This document shows, in pieces, positions 1 to 64,000 of a stretch of DNA of 64,000 nucleotides. The stretch is from Octopus vulgaris. Its lineage: Eukaryota. Made by a program: the position numbers and the translations under genes. Positions within the stretch are counted from its first letter, which is position 1, and each line of letters begins with the position of its first letter. Where the stretch lies: NCBI GenBank assembly GCA_951406725.2, contig OX597843.1, positions 6,634,001-6,698,000 on the forward strand. Direction: 5' to 3'. The notes beneath the pieces were generated by a model that had not been told where the DNA came from, did no database searches, and saw nothing but the letters and a program-made list of their open reading frames with translations.

Positions 1-1554
1 ATTGTCTTAACTGGTACATCACACGTATTGAGAAGAGCATTGTCGATGTGAGAACTATTACTACCCATGTATTCTAATTTAACTTTAAAAACAATTTTAA
101 AAATGAACGAACTAGTGAGTTTAGTTTAATGGCCTACCAATGTATACTATGAGTTTCTTTGCCCTAGGAGTCGGGAAGACACCCAGCAAGAAATGGAAGC
201 AAATTTGAAAGAAGAAGAAAAACCCATAAATAATAATAATAATCCTTTCTATTATAGGCACAAGGCCTGAATTTGGGGGAGGAAGACTGCCAATAACATT
301 GACCCTAGTGTGTAACTGGTACTAATTTTATTGACACTGAAAGGATGAAAGGCAAAGTCAACCTCAGCAGAATTTGAACTCAGAACGTAACGACAGATGA
401 AATACTGCTCAGCATTTCGCCCAGTGTGCTAACGATTCTGCCAGCTTGCCACTTTAAGAATAATAATAATAACGATAATTAATTTTAACATAATTAAATT
501 CCATGGTGGAGAAGAGGGGGGGGGAAGCCATGTTTGACTATACCAACACCTACTTTTGCCCCTGGGATATGACTGGTATAACAGACAGGTCCAGACTCAT
601 CTGCATGGGTGAGTGTATGGGGTGGTGGGTGGTGGGTGGTGGGGCTGGTTAAATTCTGAGAATGCAAAAATGAAGAAAGGGGTCAGATTTAGTATAAAGG
701 GCAAGGAGACCCTATTGTTCATCGGTCTGTCTGTTTGTCCACCTGTCCAACCATCTGCCTGCACGACACTTAATAAGATTCTACCCACAATCCAACCATG
801 ACGAACTACAACCGGACTTAATTGGTAAATTGTAGTTTCCATTAAACGAGGCCCCGAGACCCACGGAGAATGGAAACCCTTGGATGTCACTTTGAGTGCA
901 TCTTCACATTGGTACCAAGCGTATTACTGGTACACAGCAACAGCAGTAAGTAAGTAGCAAGCAACAAAAAAAAAAAATATTTATTTAAAAAAAAAAAAAT
1001 TGTTTTTTTTTCTATTTTTTTTCTTTCTTTTTATCTTTTTATCTTTTCACCAAAAAACATTGGAGGGCAAAGGTCAGAGGCTCAAATCTTAAAACCGAAA
1101 AATTTTGAACTCAATACTGCAAAAAAAAAAAAAAAAACAAACAAAAGAAAAAAAACAACAACAACAAAAAATAAAAACACAAACACAAAATAATAACAAT
1201 GATAATAATAAAGTTTAGTGTGAATCTCTAGTACGTTGGTTCAATCTACCCGTCCGACCCCTAAACACTAACAACAACAATAACAACAACAACACAGATG
1301 TCTATCATTTCTACAAAGGTTCGTAATATAGAGATTTGGGGTTTATCAAGGGGGGGGAGTTTTCGCAAAAAAATATCTGTACAGTTTCCTTTTTTTTTTG
1401 TAATTATATATATATATATTTAATTGTTTTTAAAAAGTTTTTTCTTCTTATTTTTCATTTTCATTTCTCTGCTGTTAACTTTTGGGTGTGTGTGTGCACA
1501 TGCACGAGCAATATATATATACATACATACATATGCATACAAATATATATATAT

Positions 1555-1621
<67 letters not shown>

Positions 1622-1721
1622 TATATGCACATTCGCGGTGCCCCAGCATGGCCACAGCTCATGAGCTGAAACTAGAATCAATCAATCAATCAATCATTCA
1701 ATATGTATATATGTGCATATA

Positions 1722-1756
<35 letters not shown>

Positions 1757-1836
1757 TTATTATATAGAAGGAGCTTCATATAACCCCGAATTGAGTACCT
1801 TATTTACTGTGGTTAACCCCGAATCAACCCGGGACC

Positions 1837-1883
<47 letters not shown>

Positions 1884-2295
1884 ATATGGCCTGGTCGCTT
1901 AGCCAGCAGGGTGGCGTAATTCGAAGGCTAAAACAATGCGAACGCATTGTGACCAGCGATGTGTAACAACATCTGATGGTCTGGTCGTAAAAAAGAAAAA
2001 AAAAAAAATATATATATATATTGATATATATTTGTATGCACATGTGTGTGTATAAATATATATATATGTTTGTATATGTATGTATATATGTGTGTGTGTG
2101 TGTGTATATATATATGTATGTATATGTATGTATATGTGTGTGTATGTATATATGTATGTATATGTATGTATATATGTGTGTGTGTGTGTATATATATATG
2201 TATGTATATATGTGTGTGAGAGTGTGTGTGCATAATGATCAAATATATTGTGTCTGTATATGTGCTAATACACATATATAAGTTTCTATATACAA

Positions 2296-2328
<33 letters not shown>

Positions 2329-2584
2329 CCCACACATGCGCACACACCCCTACATTCATTCGTATTCGAAATTTTGTTCTCTTTTCTGCCCCCTTCCCAG
2401 CCACCTCCCTTTATATTTACCATATTTAAATGCTCTTTTGAGCCCCCACCCCCTCCATGCCCACCCCCCAGCAAAACAAAAATAAAAAAAAAACTGCCCC
2501 ACCCACTAAAAAAAAAAACAACAACACAACATCAGTTTAATTTATGCAGCAAGAGATTTAAGCAACACGTGTGTGTGTGTGTGT

Positions 2585-2659
<75 letters not shown>

Positions 2660-2862
2660 AAGGTAAAAATAAAAAATAACAAAACAAAAACAACATTATA
2701 AACAGTGTATTGGACCGGGTTCAATCTCAGCTCAAAGCAGTTGGGGTTAACATGAAATATCTGAGGAGCGGGGCATGGGTGGATATTTTATTTTCAAAGC
2801 AGTTATGAAAAATGGAATGTATATATGTTGTATGTGTGCATAGGTGTATGTTTATATCTGTG

Positions 2863-2904
<42 letters not shown>

Positions 2905-3092
2905 CAAGAAAGAGAGAGGGAGGTGGTGGTGGTGCTGTAGTTTGAAACTATGAGGAAAAAGGTGGGATATTGTTATATATTATATATATATAGGTGTGTG
3001 TGTATATATGTATATATATACATATGTATATATATGTTTGCATGTCATTACCATTACAGGAATATGTGGTGCCTTGTATGTGTGTGTACATA

Positions 3093-3666
<574 letters not shown>

Positions 3667-5959
3667 TGTTTGTTTTGTACACCACCTGTCTTCGTCTTTG
3701 TTTTTTCGTAAACTTTCCCTTTATATATATATATATATACATATATATAGAGGTTTTTCTTTCCATGGATAAACCCTATCTGCTTCCCCCTTTACACGTT
3801 ACATCACGACATTTCTGTGATTCACGATCCCTATTGATCATTTCTTTTTTTTTCTCTTTCCTTTTTACGATCCCTTTTGATCGAAAACCTACCCCACTTT
3901 TTCTTTTTCTCTTTCTCCCCAAAACAAAAGCTCTACTTTGTAATTTGTCCCGTCTGTGTTCAGCCCTGTGTGGCTAATAAAGAAACATATATATATATGT
4001 GTGTGTGTGCTGACCAACACTGTATTTTTATCTTCATTAATAAAGGGGCTGTTAGCCTCTGGCCAGCAGGCCTGATGAGTCCCCTATATTGCTGAGAGTG
4101 ATAATAGGCCTGAAACCAATGGTACTTCCAGACCAGCCACAACCATTATATATATATATGTTCCGGGTTCAATCCCACTGCGTGGAAACTTGATTTTTAC
4201 ATGTTTCACATCTCTCAAACTCCGAAACGCGTATACAGTTAATCAGAGCCGGGTGGATTTGTTTTTTTTCTCTCTTTACCTGCGTCAGTTGTAGAGTATT
4301 GCTGTCTGGGAGATATCTTATGGTAGTGAAAAAATAGTAGTTTAACTGCTATTTCTAAATTTCAGTATGTGGTGAAGCAAATTTTTGCTGAACCCTAATT
4401 ATAATTATACTCATAATTATAGAATTTTTGTTTAAGTTTACCGATAATGGTTCTTTTAACATACCAAACTACTTGGTAAAATTATCAATTATTAATTAAT
4501 TTTACACTTTATTATTATAGATAGATAGAGAGATGCTGCGTTGATTGCGAAATCACAGTTGATCTGGAGCTAAATTCTGTTTTTAAATGACTCGCTTCGA
4601 GAATTGCATTCAGTACGATTTGTTTATATTTGGTAGTTATGACTTTAAGAGTCCCTCCTAGCATGCGGCATTTATGTGTAATAGTGCCCTCTATATAATA
4701 TAAATAGATAGAGAGATAGATAGATAGATACACACACACACATGCACGAGAATATACACTCATTACACAATCGATTAAGTTACAAGCCATTGTTTTGTAC
4801 AGCCGGCAGCAACCACCAAAACTATTCCACTGTCCCCCTCTCCTGGTTTTGTTCATGGCTATTCAGTGTTTGTGTGTGAAAGATATATATATACATTTGT
4901 TTCTCTGTTTTGTACGAATGTGTAAATGAACACACGAACATATATATAGGTTTGTGTGAGTGTATATGTGTGTGTATATGTATATATGCATATATATATA
5001 TATATATATATGTAAACAGCAGTGGTGTAATTCCCTTATAGGACTGTCACGTTAAGTTGACAGTATACAACCACTCTATATATATATATATATGTATGTA
5101 TATATATGGATCAAAACAATTTGCTTCAAATTTGTTGGTACTCTGGATTTTCTAGACACTTCAAACTCAAGAGTACTAATGAATTTGATTTGATCCATAT
5201 ATATAATATGCATATTATATATATAAAGAGAGAGATACACATATACACATGTATATCAGGGCAATTCCATAAAAACAAGATATCTAACAACAGTTGTCAC
5301 ACACACACACACATTGTATAATATATAAAAGTTGTGTATCTATGTGTATATATGTATGTATATACACACATAACATATATGTTCTATACACAGAAAATTA
5401 AAGATAATATGATTGATTTAGCAGTAGTTTGTTCAATGTATGAGTAAAGATGCAAATTTGTATATATATATAAGTATATAAATACATATACAAGTTACTA
5501 TGCACATACATGCATACGTGTGTATATATATATATATATAAGAAAAAAATGACAAAGGAAAAAATGATTACCCTATGAACTTCATTGGCTTACAGTCGTT
5601 TCTGCTATAGGATGCAATGAACTCACAGTTGAGTGCTAGAAATTGCACTTCACACACTTACACATTCAAAGTTCTGATGAGGATATAAGGTATAGCTCAG
5701 GCACTCAACCAAGTGTCCACTGTATCTCACAGCAGAAACACCTGTAGGCCAATGAATTGCATAAGATTATTGTTTTTCTTTTTGTCATTGCCTTTTTTTC
5801 TTATTCTTGCTTTATACTTGTCTAACACTTTGTTCTGAAGCACATGCATGCTGTGTTCTGCAAAAACATTATTAGCCTTGCAATGTCTGACCAAATTATT
5901 AAAGCATATGTGTGTGTGTGTGTGTGTGTAACACAAAGGATTTGGGAATGTGTTTTTAA

Positions 5960-6015
<56 letters not shown>

Positions 6016-6106
6016 TATGTATGTGTGTGTGTGTGTGTGTGTGTTTATATATAACACCAGGAATGTGTGTGTGTGTAACACAAAGGATACAGGAATGTGT
6101 TTTTAA

Positions 6107-6149
<43 letters not shown>

Positions 6150-6527
6150 GAGTATGCGTGTGTTTATATATATAACACCAGGAATGTGTGTGTGTAAATG
6201 CAAATATGTAATTACACATTCGTTAAGTTACAAAATAATAAAATGTAAACAAAAGCATAACAAAAAAGGAAAAGAATAATGCAACATGTGAAAGCATGAA
6301 CTGAAAGACTAAAGAAAATGTACAAAAACTCATCAGGTGATGTTGTGGCTAGCATCATCTTCGGTTGAGTGAAGAGACGGAAGCTGTCAATATGTTTGTG
6401 TGTGTATATATATATATACATAAATAGTATGTCTATGTATATACATGTATACTGATCTGTAAATATATATCATATATATATATATATATACACACATATT
6501 TATATGCATATATACACACACATACAT

Positions 6528-6564
<37 letters not shown>

Positions 6565-6909
6565 CTTGCACATACATATTTGGGTTTACAAATAAGGGAA
6601 ATGCATGCAAAACTTGAATGAGTATTTTTTCTTTTGTTTGTACACAACCCAAACTTGTGTGTGTGTATATATATAGATATATATATACATTTATATGCAA
6701 TAGTAAATAGACACCCTGCATTATGCCGTTGCATCAGTGGCAGTCATTATTGCCTGGTGCTCTGATCTCAATCTATTATGCTCCAAGACATCATGTCCGT
6801 TAAATATGAGATTAATTACTTAACGACATTATTTTCTTTCTAGAAATAAATCTTTCAAAAATGATGGCATCTATTCACTTTTGCAACGTCTGTTTTTTAT
6901 GTATATATC

Positions 6910-6943
<34 letters not shown>

Positions 6944-6946
6944 GTT

Positions 6947-6978
<32 letters not shown>

Positions 6979-6989
6979 ATACTGTTTGA

Positions 6990-7042
<53 letters not shown>

Positions 7043-7134
7043 ATATATGGATCAAGCAGTTTGTTTCAAATTCCTTGGTACTTTAAGTTTCAAGTGTGAT
7101 GTTTGTCTTCAGTCACTGGAATTAGAATATATAT

Positions 7135-7209
<75 letters not shown>

Positions 7210-7539
7210 TATTTATATATGTATGTGTATGAGTGTGTATATAGATATGAGGGAAGGGAAAAACGAAATAGAATTTAGGGGACAAGTTTGACATCACAGC
7301 AAGAAAGGTGGATTAAGAGGCAGGGGTCAGTAGAAAAGAAAAGGAAAAAAATGGGTTACAAGGAGGTAAAAAAAAAGGGGTCAAGAATGAAATATGAGTA
7401 TCCAATATAACATTGAGGAGAGGAGGAGGAGGAGGAGGCCAGAGGGGGAGGAAGAGGAGGAGGAGGAGGAGGAGGAGAAGGGGGTGTCTGTTGGGAAACA
7501 GGTGGGGGGTGGGATCACAACAGGATTGGTGGGTTACTG

Positions 7540-61684
<54,145 letters not shown>

Positions 61685-62263
61685 CTGGAAGAAGAAGAAG
61701 AAGAGAAAACGACAAGGGTTAAAAACCTGGGTTCCAGTTAATTGGGGTACCTGGATTGAGTACCCACTGGTGACGATGGAGGGGACGAGGGATTGAATAA
61801 TCACATATACATAAATACTCATATATACATACATATTCACACACATATATATATATATATATATATACAAATTGAGATAGGGGTTGTAAATGCAACCCTC
61901 CATGGGATAACAAATATCCAATATACTGCGAGTGAAGTACCCAACAAAGTTAATACATAAATATTAAGAATTGCTAAAATGAGACATACTTATCTACATG
62001 GCCGAAACAGCTGTAAGATGTAGTCTATATTTATATTTATATGTACTTATATTTATATTCTCTTATACATATTCTACTTATTGTATAACATTACTCTTTT
62101 ATGTACACTCCTTTACGTACACTGTTTTGTTCTACATTTTTATGTTAAACCTTATAGTTTCTTATGTGGTGGTTTAATAAAGTATGTGATTGAGTATTAT
62201 CTGGTAATTGATATTTGATTTCAATGTATTTCTCCATTTTCTTATTTTGTATATATATATATA

Positions 62264-62580
62264 ACACCCCCAAAGTTATCAACCACCTAACCAACAACAA
62301 CACTGAACACCTTTTTGATCTCCATGTGTCTAACACCCGTGGACATGCCTACAAAGTCAGAAAACAACACAGCTCCTTCCATGACTTTCGGAAACATTTT
62401 TTCACGCTCAGAGTTGCTGAAGCATGGAATAAACTGCCTGCGTGAGTTGTTGACTGCCATGACACTGCATCCTTTAAGGCCCTCATGCTTTCCGAAATCC
62501 ACCGAAACTACACCTGATTATATTTACACTTTAGATGAGTTGTAGTGCACCTGAGCACTGTACACAATGTTTTATTATTA
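62264..62580 (+). mobile_element. CR1 3' fragment (same subfamily as 24066-25468)
   Basis: Near-identical to 25139-25445. Confidence 0.9.
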
Positions 62581-62692
62581 TATACATACATACACACACA
62601 CGTAGATACATATGGTGACATACAAATATATGTATGCATGCATAAATATGTATAAAAACACATATATACACACATACAAGCATATACATATT

Positions 62693-63368
62693 CAGGGGTT
62701 GGACAAAATAATGTTTATTTTTATGTTTTTTGATTTATTATTAGTGATGCTTAATATGTTTTGCTAAAATTGCTGTTTTTCTTCAGATATCATCAGAAAA
62801 GGTAATTAAAATTCATTAAAATGGCAGATGTATCAGACTTTCAAAGAGGTCAAATTGTTGGTGCTCGTATGGCAGGCGCTAGCGTAACGAAAACAGCCGA
62901 AATGTTTGGTATATCAAGAAGTACTATCTCGAAAGTAATGACAGTCTTTGAGAAAGAGGGAAAAACCTCCTCATCAAAACAAAACTCCGGAAGAAAACCG
63001 AAACTTTCAGATAGGGACCGTCAGATTCCTACGTGAATTGTTAGAAAGGATCACAAAAGTACAACTCCCAAAATTACTGCAGAGCTTAATGACCACCTCG
63101 AGAACCCAGTTTCCACAAAAACTGTTCACTGGGAGCTGCACAAAGCCAGATTTCACGGGAGGGCTGCAATCTGAAAATCACTACTTTCAAAAACAAACGT
63201 TGCAAAGCTTTTAGATCGGAGTAAAAACCTACAGAATTGGTCCCCAGAGCAGTGGAAGAATGTTATTTTCTTGGATGAGTCATCCTTTACTTTATTTCCG
63301 ACCACCGGCCGAGTATACATGTGGAGACAGCCAAGAGAAGCATTTGATCCAGACTGCCTTCTTCCGAC
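62693..63368 (+). mobile_element. Tc1-like transposon, 5' half, degenerate transposase
   Basis: Starts CAGGGGTTGGACAAAATAATG (TIR-like); MADVSDFQRGQIVGAR..SGRKPKLSDRD, in-frame stops, WKNVIFLDES (first catalytic D). Confidence 0.88.
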
Positions 63369-63728
63369 GACAATACTCCATCCCACACCTCAGTGGTTGC
63401 CATGGCAACAATTCGTAATTGTGGATACGAACTTGTTCCCCATCTGCCTTATTCGCCAGACTTAGTCCCCTCTGACATTCATCTATTCCCCAAAATGAAA
63501 AAAGCCCTGGCTGGTCACCATTTTGCCACGGACAATGACGCCATAGACGCTGTAGGAAGTTTCTTGGAGTCTCAAACAAAAGAGTTTCTCTACGCTGGGA
63601 TAATGGCAATTCAGCACCACTGGAGAAAGGGTTCAGCCATAAAAGGGGATTATGTTGAAAAATAAATCATCAGAAGTCTTGTACTACATTTTGATTTTTT
63701 GAGGCTCAAGACTTTTCAGACACCCCTC
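63366..63728 (+). mobile_element. mariner-like transposon, 3' half
   Basis: DNTPSHT, PHLPYSPDLVPSD, KGDYVEK*; ends CTTTTCAGACACCCCTCG|TA. Confidence 0.88.
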
Positions 63729-64000
63729 GTATGTTCCCCACGTAGACAAGACGTCCATCCGTCTCAGGGTTATTCTTTTTGCCAGCTGAGTGCAATGGAG
63801 CAACATGAAATATGTACAAAGCTAAAGAAACAAGTGATGCAACAGACAAATCCGCAGATCCATGGACAGAGTCCTTAGAAATAATCTAGATTCAACACTA
63901 ATTAAAATGCTTCATTACTCACCGCATAACGAGGTAATACTGCTGCTTTCTTCATGAACAAATTTCCTGGTGACTGCCTCTTCACTGATTTGTTTTACCT

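Overview
AT-rich, microsatellite- and SINE-dense animal genomic DNA, most likely from an octopus (inferred from the repeat families). About 54 kb (7540-61684, minus strand) is a spliced gene for a small G protein signaling modulator (SGSM1/2 = RUTBC2/1 orthologue: RUN domain, PH-like Rab-binding domain, split TBC Rab-GAP domain). I traced 21 coding exons by hand. All have GT-AG boundaries and matching phases, giving 3143 nt (about 1046 codons plus stop); the N-terminal exons lie beyond the right edge. The introns hold several tRNA-derived SINE families, CR1/RTE/R4-type LINE fragments (one CR1 with an unbroken 415-aa RT ORF), Helitron, piggyBac, hAT and Tc1/mariner remnants, and two large minisatellites. 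Most interesting: (i) short (TA)n-embedded elements with degenerate minimal hammerhead-ribozyme motifs (Penelope/retrozyme-like), two forming large palindromes; (ii) four frame-preserving candidate cassette or micro-exons (168, 51, 30 and 9 nt) that the ORF track does not show as exons; (iii) a CR1 3' segment tandemised with the same junction at two loci; (iv) a Tc1/mariner chimeric junction. Everything was read by eye; no database searches or RNA folding were run.
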